64,000 nt of DNA from an uncultured Gammaproteobacteria bacterium (GCA_964394405.1 CAYMVY010000001.1:166546-230545), one strand, 5' to 3'; positions 35,456-46,297 are shown, numbered from the stretch's first letter. Notes: generated from the sequence alone by a model not told the origin. Numbers and translations are program-made.

Positions 35456-38407
35456 TTGTCAAGGGTAACGGGCCAAAAAACCCGTATTTTAGCCAAATTT
35501 TGTCTGTCTATGCCTATTCCAAGTCTCAAGACCCGCTCATACGGATATCTGACGGGTAGAGGTGGTGCCGCCCCAAACACACGGGACACTGGGAGACCCC
35601 CCCGACCGAGAAATCCCAAACATAAGAGATTCTTTAGTAAAAAAAACATTTTTCTTGCTCTTTTTACATTTGCGGTGATGGGATTCTTGGGAGGTACTAT
35701 TCTAATTGCATGGGCAAGCAAAGATTTACCTGATCCAAACCGACTTACCGACCGAGAAGTAGCAGAAAGCACCAAAATATACGATCGTACAGGCACCCAC
35801 CTACTCTATGAAATTTTTGCTGATGAAAAACGCACACTGGTTAGATTAGAAGATATCCCAAAGGATCTGGTTAATGGACTCATAGCAACTGAAGATAAAA
35901 CCTTCTACGAACACAAAGGAATCAGACCACTCAGTATTCTGAAAGCCCAAATTCAGGGTATTTTCAGTACAGAAAGAACCCGTGGTGCCTCGACAATCAC
36001 CCAACAGCTAGTTAAAAACGCGATCCTCACCGATGAACGTTCGTATGTACGAAAAATTAAAGAAGCTATCCTCTCAATAAGACTTGAACAAAAATATACC
36101 AAAGACCAGATTCTCCAAATTTACTTTAATGAAATCCCGTATGGTTCAACAAATTATGGGGTACAGTCTGCTGCACAAAGCTATTTTGGCAAAGATGTAA
36201 AAGACCTGACACTCGCTGAGTCTGCTGCGCTTGCAGGTATGCCCCAATCCCCATCAAGATTTCTAAACAACATCGAAGCTTTTACAGAACGTCGAAATTT
36301 GGTTTTACATGAAATGTATAAAGAGGGTCATATCACTGAAGAACAAAAAAATGAGGCGCAAGCAGAGGAGCTTGTCATAAAACCAATAGCCTATAATATC
36401 AAAGCGCCCCACTTTGTACTGTATGTAAAACAACTCCTCGTTGATAAATACGGCGAGGCGCTCACCGAACGTGGGGGATTAAGCGTCATCACAACACTTG
36501 ATTGGGATAAGCAACAAATCGCAGAAGAAGTGATCGGTGGAGCTGCTGGCCAAAAAACACTCGCAGATGCAGATGCAGATAATGCAGCGCTCGTGGCTTT
36601 AGATCCAAAAACTGGACAAGTGCTCGCAATGGTTGGATCACGCGACTTTTACAATGAAGAAATCAGTGGTCAATTCAATGTTGCAACCCAGGGCAAACGT
36701 CAGCCAGGATCTTCATTTAAACCTATTATTTATGCTGCTGCATTTGAGCGCGGATATACACCTGATACCATTCTATACGATGTACTCACCAATTTCAGCA
36801 CCACCGAAGGAAAGCCGTACATCCCAACAAATTATACACTCAAAGAATACGGACCACTCACCATGCGCCAAGCACTCGCTGGCTCACTGAATATTCCCGC
36901 AGTCAAAACAATGTATTTACTCGACCCAAAGCGAGGAATTGATTTTGCCAAGCGACTTGGCTACACCACCCTGGATAATCGAGAAAATTGCGGTCTCGCT
37001 CTTGTTCTTGGGTGCGGAGAAGTAACCGTACTAGAACACACAAATGCATATGCGACATTTGCAAATAAGGGTATCCGCTATGAACCCGTGAGTATACTTA
37101 AAGTGGAGGACAGTACTGGAAAAATACTTGAAGAGTGGAAACGAGAAAAAGGAATCGAGGCAATAAAGCCAGAACTCGCCGCAACCATTACCAATGTCCT
37201 CAGTGATGATGGAGCTCGATCTTTTATATTCGGAAGTGGTGGAGTACTCACGCTCCCAGGACGACCTGTTGCTGCAAAAACTGGAACGACCAATAATTAT
37301 ATTGATGCCTGGACAGTCGGCTATACACCTAGCTTAGCAACGGGAGTCTGGACAGGGAACACTTCAAACACTCCGATGAAGTCTGGTTCAAGTGGAAGCA
37401 TGCTTGCAGCAAAACTTTGGAATCTATTTATGCGTGATGCGGTAAAAGGCATGCCCGTGGAGCAATTCCCACCTGCACCACCAAACACCGCTGAGAAGGC
37501 TGTTTTACGCGGCTCAAGCGGTGGTGGAGTAACACTCAAAGTTAACAAAATAACCGGTAAACTGGTATCAAGTTCAACACCTCCAGATCTTATTGAAGAG
37601 CGAACGTACATGCAACCACACGAAATTCTTCAGTACGTGGACAAAAATAATCCGCGAGGACCAATTCCTGAACATCCTGAGAATGATCCTCAATATTACG
37701 CATGGGAAAAAGGAATCCAAGAGTGGATTATACGGAAACAAGAATCAGACCCTACGTGGGTTCCAAATTTTGGAGAGCCTCCTACAGAGTATGATGATGC
37801 GTATTCAATTGAATTAATTCCAACACTAGATGTTTCCTATCCACAGCAAAACTCAACACTTACCTCTCGTTTTATCACCACAAACATCTCTGTGTCTGCT
37901 CCAAGAGGAGTAAGTGAGGTACTATACAAAATTGATGGAACATTAATCGAAACCAAGCGTTCACAACCATTCAACCTCTCGTATAATGCTGAAACATTAG
38001 ATTCAGGAGAGCACACACTTACCATCATAGTAATGGATGATATTGGAAACCGCATAGAAAAAAACATTCCTTTCTCACTCGATGTTCCCCCTCTCCCTCC
38101 AGGAGTACGTTTCAAAGAACGATCGTACACAACACCAAAAAATAATTTCCCTCTGGGAATCCTACTCTCATACCGGAGATTAGAGGAACTAGCAAAAGTA
38201 TCGATTTTCTTTCAACCATCAATGGGTGGTGAAAAAAAACTCATAGCTTCAATCACTGATTTCGACAATGCAACATACTTTAATAACCTACTCTCGATTA
38301 TCTGGTATGATGCGCCAAGTACAGGAAATTATCTCCTGAGCGCCGAAGTAGAATTACGGTCTGGATCTATTAATACACTCGACCAAATCACAATTGAAGT
38401 GAAATAG
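35456..38407 (+). CDS. class A penicillin-binding protein (PBP1A: GT51 transglycosylase + transpeptidase) with about 230-aa C-terminal extension
   Basis: GT51 motifs EDKTFYEHKGI, RGASTITQQL; TPase SSFKP, SLN, KTGT. Confidence 0.85.
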   Translation: MSRVTGQKTRILAKFCLSMPIPSLKTRSYGYLTGRGGAAPNTRDTGRPPRPRNPKHKRFFSKKNIFLALFTFAVMGFLGGTILIAWASKDLPDPNRLTDREVAESTKIYDRTGTHLLYEIFADEKRTLVRLEDIPKDLVNGLIATEDKTFYEHKGIRPLSILKAQIQGIFSTERTRGASTITQQLVKNAILTDERSYVRKIKEAILSIRLEQKYTKDQILQIYFNEIPYGSTNYGVQSAAQSYFGKDVKDLTLAESAALAGMPQSPSRFLNNIEAFTERRNLVLHEMYKEGHITEEQKNEAQAEELVIKPIAYNIKAPHFVLYVKQLLVDKYGEALTERGGLSVITTLDWDKQQIAEEVIGGAAGQKTLADADADNAALVALDPKTGQVLAMVGSRDFYNEEISGQFNVATQGKRQPGSSFKPIIYAAAFERGYTPDTILYDVLTNFSTTEGKPYIPTNYTLKEYGPLTMRQALAGSLNIPAVKTMYLLDPKRGIDFAKRLGYTTLDNRENCGLALVLGCGEVTVLEHTNAYATFANKGIRYEPVSILKVEDSTGKILEEWKREKGIEAIKPELAATITNVLSDDGARSFIFGSGGVLTLPGRPVAAKTGTTNNYIDAWTVGYTPSLATGVWTGNTSNTPMKSGSSGSMLAAKLWNLFMRDAVKGMPVEQFPPAPPNTAEKAVLRGSSGGGVTLKVNKITGKLVSSSTPPDLIEERTYMQPHEILQYVDKNNPRGPIPEHPENDPQYYAWEKGIQEWIIRKQESDPTWVPNFGEPPTEYDDAYSIELIPTLDVSYPQQNSTLTSRFITTNISVSAPRGVSEVLYKIDGTLIETKRSQPFNLSYNAETLDSGEHTLTIIVMDDIGNRIEKNIPFSLDVPPLPPGVRFKERSYTTPKNNFPLGILLSYRRLEELAKVSIFFQPSMGGEKKLIASITDFDNATYFNNLLSIIWYDAPSTGNYLLSAEVELRSGSINTLDQITIEVK

Positions 38408-38409
38408 AA

Positions 38410-38440
38410 AAAAATCCCTCCGAGCTGGAGGGATTTTTTT
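38410..38440. terminator. bidirectional terminator (atccctccgagctggagggat + T7)
   Basis: 8-bp stem; between PBP1A and dnaN ends. Confidence 0.75.
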
Positions 38441-39566
38441 ACTGTCTGATCGGCATCACAATATACTTGAAAGTTTCATCTCCATCTACCGTAAACAAAC
38501 ACGGAGAGTCAGGAGAATTGATATGCATCTGTGCTTCCTCTTTTTCGATCTGCTGTAGACCATCCAATACATACCGGTGATTGAGTAGTACGGTCATTTT
38601 TTCCCCGACCACCTCGCCCTCCACGTATGACGAATGTTCACCCGTTTGTGCACTTACCGAGGTTACACCGATTTGTTTTTTCTCAGGATCTAATTCAAAA
38701 GAAATCGAATTAACTCCAGCAATAGTAAATAAACTCGCTGCTTTTATTTTATTACTAATCTCTGAAACAGAAAAAGTCGCTGTGTTTTTGAAAGTAGTGG
38801 GTATAATCTGTGTATAATCTGGATAGCGTCCTTCAATAAGTCGACTAACCATTTCAAATTTATCATACCGAATTGCAATTTGATTTTGACTCACGGTCAC
38901 TCGTACGTTTTCCTCCCCCTCATGTTGTCGTCCGAGTTGTATGAGACGTGCCATTTCATAAGCCACTCTCCCAGGCACAATACAGGTTACCTCAGCATCT
39001 TCGCCTTGTGCGATAGGAACCCGCGCTTCAGAAAGTCGGTACGAGTCAGTTGCTGCCATTAGCAAACCTTCGTAACGCTCGCTTTTGAATCTACAAAAAA
39101 TACCAGAAAACTCAGGACGTATTTCATTTTTTGCACAGGAAATTACCACTTTCCCAATCTGATCTTTGAATGTTTGAGCGTGTATCAAGTAGGTGTGTCC
39201 TTCCTCAATCGCAGGAATTACTGGGTACTCTTCTGCAGGGAATCCTTTTATTTTTGTCTGAGATCCGGAAGAGTGGATAACGAGCTCGTTTGACTCAAGT
39301 GTGAGCTCCACCTGATCATTCGTGAGAAGTCGCACGTATTCAGTCAGCGTACGAGCAGGGACAGTAAAAGTTCCTGGTTCATCCACCTTTGCTCGTATGT
39401 GTGTTTTGACTGAGACTTCAAGATTGGTAGCACTTATCTCTACTCCAGACTCATGTGCACGTATAAGCACATTCTGTAGTATAGGGAGATTTACATGTTT
39501 ACTTGCAAATGCATTTACAATCTCTAGACTATATAATAAATTTTCACGTGTGGATGTTAGTTTCAT
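38439..39566 (-). CDS. dnaN: DNA polymerase III beta sliding clamp
   Basis: 375 aa, three-domain clamp; N-terminus MKLTSTRENLLYSLEIV typical. Confidence 0.9.
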   Translation of the reverse strand: MKLTSTRENLLYSLEIVNAFASKHVNLPILQNVLIRAHESGVEISATNLEVSVKTHIRAKVDEPGTFTVPARTLTEYVRLLTNDQVELTLESNELVIHSSGSQTKIKGFPAEEYPVIPAIEEGHTYLIHAQTFKDQIGKVVISCAKNEIRPEFSGIFCRFKSERYEGLLMAATDSYRLSEARVPIAQGEDAEVTCIVPGRVAYEMARLIQLGRQHEGEENVRVTVSQNQIAIRYDKFEMVSRLIEGRYPDYTQIIPTTFKNTATFSVSEISNKIKAASLFTIAGVNSISFELDPEKKQIGVTSVSAQTGEHSSYVEGEVVGEKMTVLLNHRYVLDGLQQIEKEEAQMHINSPDSPCLFTVDGDETFKYIVMPIRQ

Positions 39567-39813
39567 ATGTATTTCTCTTTTTATATTATAATCTAGTAGA
39601 TAATAATAGAGGCTGTGAATGGAGGGGATAAATCGTTTTTATTGCTAACTGTAGATATTTTTTTGATTTTATTGTGTGCACAAGTCAGGGATACTTTTTG
39701 AACAGAGGGTGAATAGGTTTTGGTATGTGTGTGGGGTGTGTGCAAAACTTTTAGTTAGTACCAGTTTATTAACCCACTTAAATACAGGTATTGGGCTAAG
39801 TTATGCACAGAAA

Positions 39814-41202
39814 TTAAATTTTATTTGAGTATAAACGTTGTTTGATAAGTTCAATATCCTGCTTTAATTTAAGATCATTATCAACTTCTTTTACAATCTT
39901 TGAGTGTGCGTGCATAGCAGTAGTGTGATCACGTCCACCAAGCTCTTCTCCAATACTTGGGTAGGAAAGCTTGAGCTCTTCTCTCATAAGATACATAATA
40001 ATCTGTCGAGGGAACGCAAAGCGCTTCTCTCTGCTTTTGCCCACAATATCTTCCATTTTAATATCATAAAATTTTATAATCTCCTCAATCAGGTCTTTAG
40101 GAGTAAGCGAGCGACGCATATTCTGTTCTTGAAAGCTTGAGAGAATGTGTCGGATCGATTCTTCTGTCGGGGTCGCATTTTTGAGCTCATGAAAAGCAAT
40201 AATCTTGTTCAAAGCGCCCTCGAGCTCACGAATATTGCTCTGGATACTCACTGCAATGAGGTTCTGAATATCAGGGGAAATAGGAAATTGGCGTTCTGCA
40301 GCCTTTTTTTGGATGATGGCCATGCGAGTTTCCAAATCAGGAGCCGAAATATCAGCAATCATCCCCCACTCAAACCTGCTGCGAAGACGATCTTCGAGAG
40401 CAGGAATAGCTTTTGGAGGTCGGTCACTCGTCATTACCACCTGCTTTCCCTGCTGATGGAGCTCATTGAAGGTGTGGAAGAATTCTTCCTGGGTCTGTTC
40501 TTTACCCCCGATGAATTGAATATCATCAATAAGTAGTAAATCAACATTGCGATAACGATCCTTAAATTCTTTTGCACGACCTTCTTTGACTGAGGAGACA
40601 AACTCATTGGTAAACTTTTCAGAACTTACGTACAAGATTTTTACATTTGGGTCAGCCGCAAGCATGGTGTGGCCAATCGCCTGGATAAGGTGTGTTTTGC
40701 CAAGACCGACGCCTCCATAGATAAAGAGAGGGTTATACGCATCTCCAGGTCGAGAAGCTACAGCCTGAGCCGCAGCATGTGCCAATTCATTACCTTTTCC
40801 GACCACAAAAGTCTCAAAAACGTATTTGGAATTAAGACCGAATTGTTGAACTAGAAGCGCTTTCTTTGGTAAGGGGGCAATAGACGGGTGGATAATAGGA
40901 GCTCTCTGAGCATCAGAAGTATTGGGAGTACACTCCTGTTCTTTGATATTCCGGACATTATCAACCACATAATCAGTTTTTTTGACTGGTTTTCCGGTTA
41001 CACGCTCCAATATTTTTACGATGGTTCCGTGGTATTTTTTTTCAAGCCAGCTTTTGGTAAATGCATTGGGTACACAGACCACCACCTGACCATTCTCATA
41101 GCTAGCAATTCCAGTATTTTTGAACCAGGTTGTGAAGTTGGCTTTTGAAAGAGTGAGTTCAAATTCAGCCAAAACTGCCTGCCAGATTTCGTAATTAGTC
41201 AT
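39814..41202 (-). CDS. dnaA: chromosomal replication initiator
   Basis: AAA+ Walker A GGVGLGKTHL, DnaA signature, C-terminal DNA-binding HTH. Confidence 0.9.
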   Translation of the reverse strand: MTNYEIWQAVLAEFELTLSKANFTTWFKNTGIASYENGQVVVCVPNAFTKSWLEKKYHGTIVKILERVTGKPVKKTDYVVDNVRNIKEQECTPNTSDAQRAPIIHPSIAPLPKKALLVQQFGLNSKYVFETFVVGKGNELAHAAAQAVASRPGDAYNPLFIYGGVGLGKTHLIQAIGHTMLAADPNVKILYVSSEKFTNEFVSSVKEGRAKEFKDRYRNVDLLLIDDIQFIGGKEQTQEEFFHTFNELHQQGKQVVMTSDRPPKAIPALEDRLRSRFEWGMIADISAPDLETRMAIIQKKAAERQFPISPDIQNLIAVSIQSNIRELEGALNKIIAFHELKNATPTEESIRHILSSFQEQNMRRSLTPKDLIEEIIKFYDIKMEDIVGKSREKRFAFPRQIIMYLMREELKLSYPSIGEELGGRDHTTAMHAHSKIVKEVDNDLKLKQDIELIKQRLYSNKI

Positions 41203-41282
41203 AGTTTGTGTTTATGAGGGGAATTGTAACACAGTTTATAAATCCAAAAAATGCTCTAAATTAAGCGAAAAGTGTATATTAT

Positions 41283-41310
41283 GTGGATTACCTGTGGATG
41301 GTGTGGATAA
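41283..41310. promoter_or_regulatory. three tandem DnaA boxes upstream of dnaA (tgtggatta, tgtggatgg, tgtggataa)
   Basis: Perfect and 1-2-mismatch reverse-complement TTATCCACA boxes read directly; candidate oriC / dnaA autoregulation site. Confidence 0.55.
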
Positions 41311-41455
41311 TACATAGAAAACAAGCATACGCGAAAACAAAATAGTTGACAATACATACTTTTTCATGTTTACTATCACCCGTCTCTTGCGAACACTGCA
41401 CGCGCAGTTATGTAGGCGACGCAACCACCGTCAACAGCTTCAGGAGGAATTCCGC

Positions 41456-41746
41456 ATGATGGATCTGAGTATCGCGCTCAAGGGTCGTGCTCACAAGAGC
41501 AAGAAGCCGAAGAAGCAGGTCGTCAAGGGCATGCTCGAGGTCATCGAGACCAATGCCAGGGGGCGTGGCGGTAGGCCGCGCTGCCAGGTGGTCACGGCCC
41601 GGAACACCTCGGCCAACCTCATGGACGTCACCCTCACGGGAGACGGCAGCCTGCTGATGACGGCCGTGCTCAAGCGGGGCGAGCAGCGCTCGTTCAGCGT
41701 GCCCCCGGGCACCGTCGCGAAGAAGATCGACATCATCGCGTTCTAA
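41456..41746 (+). CDS. small basic protein encoded by a GC-rich island in the dnaA-rpmH interval, hypothetical
   Basis: 96 aa from ATGATG with strong SD caggagg 9 nt upstream; about 62% GC; followed by an 11-bp-stem terminator. Confidence 0.45.
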   Translation: MMDLSIALKGRAHKSKKPKKQVVKGMLEVIETNARGRGGRPRCQVVTARNTSANLMDVTLTGDGSLLMTAVLKRGEQRSFSVPPGTVAKKIDIIAF

Positions 41747-41761
41747 CGCGCGTACGCTAGA

Positions 41762-41806
41762 GTACCGTCTCGCACCATCCCACACGGGCTCTGGTGCGAG
41801 ACTTTC
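41762..41806 (+). terminator. terminator hairpin gtctcgcacca…tggtgcgagac + tttcaaatt
   Basis: 11-bp perfect stem. Confidence 0.6.
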
Positions 41807-41833
41807 AAATTCACTAAAATTAGAGATTTTTTC

Positions 41834-41862
41834 TTGACAAAACACAAAAAATAGTGTATAGT
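41834..41862 (+). promoter_or_regulatory. sigma-70 promoter TTGACA-17-TGTATAGT for rpmH
   Basis: Consensus -35, 17-nt spacer, extended -10, 36 nt upstream of rpmH ATG. Confidence 0.5.
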
Positions 41863-41897
41863 ATCTATATTATATAACTTCTTAAGGAGCAATCTGT

Positions 41898-42074
41898 ATG
41901 CCAAAACGCAAGTATCAACCAAAAAAACGAAAACGAGCAAAAACCCATGGGTTTTTGAAAAAAATGAGAACAAAAAATGGTCGCGATGTATTGAAACGTC
42001 GTCGTGATAAGGGACGAAAGAAACTTACCGTAAGTAGTGAACGAAAAGGTAAACGAACACGAAAGACAAGATAA
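41898..42074 (+). CDS. rpmH: 50S ribosomal protein L34 (with short basic C-terminal extension); not in ORF track (<60 aa)
   Basis: [45 protein letters not shown] matches L34 consensus; SD aaggag upstream. Confidence 0.85.
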   Translation: MPKRKYQPKKRKRAKTHGFLKKMRTKNGRDVLKRRRDKGRKKLTVSSERKGKRTRKTR

Positions 42075-42084
42075 TTTTTTCATC

Positions 42085-42133
42085 AACAAAATAACCCCGC
42101 CCACTTCGACTTTGCTCAGGGCGGGGTTATTGT
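42085..42133 (+). terminator. terminator/attenuator hairpin aaccccgccc…gggcggggtt + ATTGTTT between rpmH and rnpA
   Basis: 10-bp GC stem. Confidence 0.6.
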
Positions 42134-42165
42134 TTATACTGTGTGTACATAGCTTATCACGTTCT

Positions 42166-42543
42166 ATGCTTCCCCAGGAAAATCGTCTCAAACGTATGAA
42201 AGATTTTGAAATCCTTTTTTCCGAGGGTAGATTTGTGTCAGGCAATCTGCTCAATGCAAAAGTGTGGAAAATAGAACCGGCCAAGTATCCAAAACGTGGA
42301 TACAGTGTCGATGATTTAAAGATTGGATTTGTCGCAAGTGTGAAGCATGAGAAGAAGGCTGTTGGGCGCAACCGTGCCAAGCGGCAGATGAGAGAAGTGG
42401 TACGATTACTTTTGAAAGATGCAAAAATCAAACACGGATATATGATAGCGTTTCTTTCCACTCCAAAAGTTTTTGGTGCTGAGTATGGTGAGATTGCAAA
42501 GGATATTGAATCAATTCTCAGGAAAGCGCGGTTACTTACCTAG
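42166..42543 (+). CDS. rnpA: RNase P protein component
   Basis: Start moved to [18 protein letters not shown] (RnpA N-terminus); basic RNR-like motif KRQMREVVR. Confidence 0.8.
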   Translation: MLPQENRLKRMKDFEILFSEGRFVSGNLLNAKVWKIEPAKYPKRGYSVDDLKIGFVASVKHEKKAVGRNRAKRQMREVVRLLLKDAKIKHGYMIAFLSTPKVFGAEYGEIAKDIESILRKARLLT

Positions 42544-42568
42544 TGTCATTCTCAAACTAAATAACGAT

Positions 42569-42829
42569 ATGCGTTTTTTTCGCTTCCTAATTAATATTCC
42601 CAAAAACATCCTTCTTTTGTTAATTCGTTTGTATCAAAAAACTCTTTCTCCAGACCATGGTCCCATGAAAACAAAATTTCCTTATGGATATTGCAAATTC
42701 TACCCCACGTGCAGTGAATATGGATATCAGGCAATCAAAAAATATGGCGTAATTCGAGGCGTTCCCAAAACAATCTGGCGGATTATACGATGTAATCCGT
42801 GGTCGAAGGGTGGGATAGACAAACCATAA
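42569..42829 (+). CDS. yidD: membrane protein insertion efficiency factor YidD
   Basis: [15 protein letters not shown]…[19 protein letters not shown]…RIIRCNPW is the YidD signature; start moved to Met at 42569. Confidence 0.8.
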   Translation: MRFFRFLINIPKNILLLLIRLYQKTLSPDHGPMKTKFPYGYCKFYPTCSEYGYQAIKKYGVIRGVPKTIWRIIRCNPWSKGGIDKP

Positions 42830-42831
42830 AA

Positions 42832-42862
42832 ATAAAACCGCCATACGGCGGATTTTTTTATA
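42832..42862 (+). terminator. terminator (aaccgccatacggcggatt + T7)
   Basis: 7-bp stem plus T-run. Confidence 0.7.
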
Positions 42863-42863
42863 T

Positions 42864-42930
42864 CGTCATTCCCACGAAAGTGGGAATCTATAATTACAAA
42901 TAAAAAGATCCTCATTTTCACGGGGATGAC
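42864..42930. repeat. two-hairpin element copy 2 (cgtcat-ttcccacGAAAgtgggaa-…-atcctcattttcacggggat-gacg)
   Basis: Same family as 10979-11039, with compensatory stem changes. Confidence 0.6.
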
Positions 42931-42933
42931 GCA

Positions 42934-44007
42934 TTAAGCTATGTGGAAATAGCAAACATCTCCATCTTTCACTTCATAATCTTTTCCTACCAATTGCATC
43001 TTTCCTTTTTCTTTCACCCCTGGCCAGCCACCCAGCGCTACAAAATCTGCAACACTCGCAACATCAGCTTTCACATATCCTTTGACAAAATCAGTATGGA
43101 TTACACCGGCAGCTTCAGGTCCTAGTGTCCCACGAGTTACGGTCCATGCGCGAGTTTCTTGTTCTCCGGAAGTAAAATAGGTAATGAGATTGAGTAATTT
43201 GTATCCAGCTACAATCAATCGGTCAAGCCCAGTCTCTTTCATTCCCAAATCTTCCATAAACATTTTCGCATCCTCAGAAGAAAGTTCTGCAATTTCTGAT
43301 TCTATCTTTGCACTGATTTCAATATATGGAGTGGTACCAAAAATTGGGGAGAAATCTGCCTTTCCGATCATGTCTTCTTTTACATTTACTACATACATCA
43401 TTGGTTTCATGGTAAGTAAATGCAAATCGCGCACGATAAGTTTTTCTTCTTCATTGAATTCCAACTCTCGAGTTGCTTTTCCAGCTTCGAGTTGCGCATT
43501 GAGTTTCTCTAGTACTGCAATTTCGATTTCTTTTCCTTTTGCAGCCGCACCTTTTGCATCACGTTTTGTTTTGTCTAATCGTTTTGAGACAGTTGCGAGG
43601 TCTGCGAGTGCAAGTTCAAGATTGATTACATCGCTATCATCTTTCGGGTCCACTTTTCCTGCCACATGAATAATATTTCCATCTTCAAATGCACGAACCA
43701 CTTGTACAATCGCATCAGCTTCACGAATGTGTGTGAGAAATTTATTTCCCAATCCTTCTCCTTCTGAAGCACCTTTTACAATTCCCGCAATGTCAACGAA
43801 TTGGATCGCAGTCGGAATGATTTTTCCAGATTTTGAAGTAGTGGCCAGTGGTGCGAGTCGTGCGTCTGGAACCTCAACAACACCAACATTGGGTTCAATG
43901 GTACAAAAAGGGTAGTTTGCAGCCTCAGCCAGCTTACTTTTGGTGAGTGCATTGAAGAGTGTTGATTTTCCTACATTAGGGAGTCCGACAATTCCGATAG
44001 ATAACAT
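42934..44007 (-). CDS. ychF: ribosome-binding ATPase YchF (Obg-family GTPase)
   Basis: [19 protein letters not shown]1 motif, TGS C-terminal domain. Confidence 0.9.
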   Translation of the reverse strand: MLSIGIVGLPNVGKSTLFNALTKSKLAEAANYPFCTIEPNVGVVEVPDARLAPLATTSKSGKIIPTAIQFVDIAGIVKGASEGEGLGNKFLTHIREADAIVQVVRAFEDGNIIHVAGKVDPKDDSDVINLELALADLATVSKRLDKTKRDAKGAAAKGKEIEIAVLEKLNAQLEAGKATRELEFNEEEKLIVRDLHLLTMKPMMYVVNVKEDMIGKADFSPIFGTTPYIEISAKIESEIAELSSEDAKMFMEDLGMKETGLDRLIVAGYKLLNLITYFTSGEQETRAWTVTRGTLGPEAAGVIHTDFVKGYVKADVASVADFVALGGWPGVKEKGKMQLVGKDYEVKDGDVCYFHIA

Positions 44008-44148
44008 AGCAACAAGTTAGTTTTGTACTGCGGAGTGTAACAGAAGAATGATAAAAAATCAACCGTTAAAATAAAAAAGAAAGAGGGGTGGTCTTTCAAA
44101 AGTTGACGTGGAAGGGGGTCTCTGCGTGCGCAGGGACCCCCTTCTTCC

Positions 44149-44826
44149 TCATGCAGCCCCATCGTCATTTCCGCCTCGGTAGAGACGAAGATGTGGTGGA
44201 GGGGGCGATCGGGGGTTGTGTCGGGAATGATAACCTGTCCCATATTTGCCGCCATGAATGCAGCGTAGAGGTGCCCTATGTGGAGGTGGAATTTGAGCAG
44301 GTTGTGCTAGCGGCTGAGCAATCGGGGCATCTGCATTCGACACCTCACTCATTACAGACCCGAACAATTCTTCACGCAAGATAGAGAGCACTTCAAGTCT
44401 GAAGAAGAAGTGTCCGTTTTCATGTGAAGTCGATCGGATTGCCCACTCCAGTTCGTTGCGGACTCTCGGTGAAGAGAGGATCGCGTCAACGGGGTATTTT
44501 CCGATAGTTGTTCGGATGGGGGCAATGAGGTCAAGGGTTGATCGGAAGTTTACCCTTTGAAACTCAGTCCAGTCGACCGCGATTCGCACGTGGACACGAG
44601 CACCATCTCGAGACGATACGCAGTAGGTCTGCTTATCCGAGTTGTAGAAGTGGAAGTCGTGCCTCTCGAAGTGCTGCCAGGGCCATCGGAGGTGGATTCC
44701 AGGGGCAAGTCCGCGGAAATGATTGTGAGTCTTTCGGACCGCAATCGTACCTGCAGGAACCATGATGATCAGACGTGCGGCCAGAAAGAGGACGCACAGA
44801 CACAGTACAATGATACCGTACAACAT
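44149..44826 (-). CDS. SPFH/band-7-like domain protein with Pro-rich tail, GC-rich island gene
   Basis: N-terminal TM then VPAGTIAVRKTHNHFRGLAPGIHLRWPW… resembling SPFH; SD aagga upstream of Met at 44826; perfect 11-bp terminator hairpin at 44106-44144. Confidence 0.4.
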   Translation of the reverse strand: MLYGIIVLCLCVLFLAARLIIMVPAGTIAVRKTHNHFRGLAPGIHLRWPWQHFERHDFHFYNSDKQTYCVSSRDGARVHVRIAVDWTEFQRVNFRSTLDLIAPIRTTIGKYPVDAILSSPRVRNELEWAIRSTSHENGHFFFRLEVLSILREELFGSVMSEVSNADAPIAQPLAQPAQIPPPHRAPLRCIHGGKYGTGYHSRHNPRSPPPPHLRLYRGGNDDGAA

Positions 44827-45230
44827 GTGCAATCCTTGGTAAGGGTGGGGAGAATGAACTGTGTACAACATAGCATAAAGAATAAAAAAAATAAAGGCAC
44901 AACATAAAATATTGTACGACGTTAAAAATTATTAATATTAAGCTATTTTATTACTGTTTTATAAAAAATGTTAGAAAATGGGTAAGATCTTCTCTCTATT
45001 ATTTTAATAAATACTATCCCCGCTCATTTGATTCTGATTTCTAATACAGAAAACAAACACGGACTGTAAATCCGTGTTTAGTAAAGAGTCTGTGTTTGTT
45101 TTTCCCGACAGGAACCAATCTACATCCTTCGATGGACAGATAGAACCTTATGTATTGTGCCCCCCCCACCGCGAATCGAACGCGGATCTAGACGTGATTG
45201 AGTGTCTTGTTCCCCGCCTGCCATCGCCTG

Positions 45231-45302
45231 TACCCTCGACAGGAATCGAACCTGTATCTAGACGTTAGGAGTGTCTTGTTCTATCCATTGAACTACGAGA
45301 GC
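45231..45302 (-). tRNA. tRNA-Arg(CCU), argW-like
   Basis: Reverse complement gctctcg-ta-gttcaatggatagaac-a-agaca-cuCCUaa-cgtct-agata-caggttcgattcctg-tcgagggt-a parallels E. coli argW; two G·U pairs in acceptor and A·C at 31-39 lower confidence. Confidence 0.55.
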
Positions 45303-45351
45303 ATAGGCCATGGCGGGCAGGTAACCATTGAACTATGGGAGCTTGTTAATT

Positions 45352-46119
45352 TTAAGTCGTTTCATGTGAAACATCTCTCTCTGTATTAATTAAAGTATAC
45401 ATTAGTGTGTACATTCCGCTCACTGTAGCTTGATGAGTAATGATATCAGCGTATAATTCTCCATATTTATTACTAATAGTGTAGATCGTATCCTCTGTTA
45501 CGATCGTTTCAATATTTTTGTATACATCTGTATGTACTTCTGGAGCCTGTATCCACTGGAACTCAGGAGCTTTAGAAAGTTGTAGCAAAGATTGTCTATT
45601 TGCAGGAGTATCAAATACACAACAAGTACTGCTAGAGGCTGTAGTGATTTTAATGTCACAAAAATCTTTTAAAGTTTCCTGATCAATAGCACTTGGATTA
45701 AAGAGAGATAAAAGAGAAACTTTATTTGTATACAGTGTTCTATACAAATCCAAAATAGCTTCTTTTCCTACTCGATTTGAAAGAAATGGGTGCCCGAGCA
45801 TTGTATATGACGACTCAAGTTTTGGCAAGAGATTTTCCGCGTCATTTATGCGACTATTCCACAAGTTTTTTTGTCGTTCTGCATACTCAATTATTTTTCG
45901 CGGGTGTTTCACGTGGAACTCTGCGGGTTGTGAATTCTTTTTTTGTTCAATCAAATCTAATTCAATTAATCGATCAAGTGAGTGGTAGCCAAGGGTGCGG
46001 GTAATACCAGCTCGGTGGGTGATTGATGTCACAGTTCCTGATCCAAGTTCAAGAAGAGCAAGATAGGTCTTTGCTTCAGTTTCCGCTAATCCAATTTTTA
46101 TAAGCTCCTCAATCTGCAT
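45352..46119 (-). CDS. TrmB-family transcriptional regulator (N-terminal winged HTH)
   Basis: LAETEAKTYLALLELGSGTVTSITHRAGITRTLGYHSLDRLIELDLI matches TrmB HTH. Confidence 0.6.
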   Translation of the reverse strand: MQIEELIKIGLAETEAKTYLALLELGSGTVTSITHRAGITRTLGYHSLDRLIELDLIEQKKNSQPAEFHVKHPRKIIEYAERQKNLWNSRINDAENLLPKLESSYTMLGHPFLSNRVGKEAILDLYRTLYTNKVSLLSLFNPSAIDQETLKDFCDIKITTASSSTCCVFDTPANRQSLLQLSKAPEFQWIQAPEVHTDVYKNIETIVTEDTIYTISNKYGELYADIITHQATVSGMYTLMYTLINTERDVSHETT

Positions 46120-46297
46120 AATTGTAAATATAAATTTACAATAGATAATAATTAAGCATAAATATAGTATATATTAGTAAATATAAATTTACAAGATAGT
46201 TCTAAAACAAAATAAACACACATTATTTAACCTTGACAAAACAGGTGTTTTGTGATACAATTTTTGGTCCTCACAACCAAGGACACTGGAGAGTCTC

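Noticed and set aside
35353-35796. 147-aa minus-strand ORF upstream of and overlapping PBP1A
   Set aside because: It overlaps the 5' end of the PBP1A gene on the opposite strand, and the 3D-domain gene already ends upstream, at 35336 by the revised start or 35393 by the track. Its sequence is Arg/Pro-rich with no motif.
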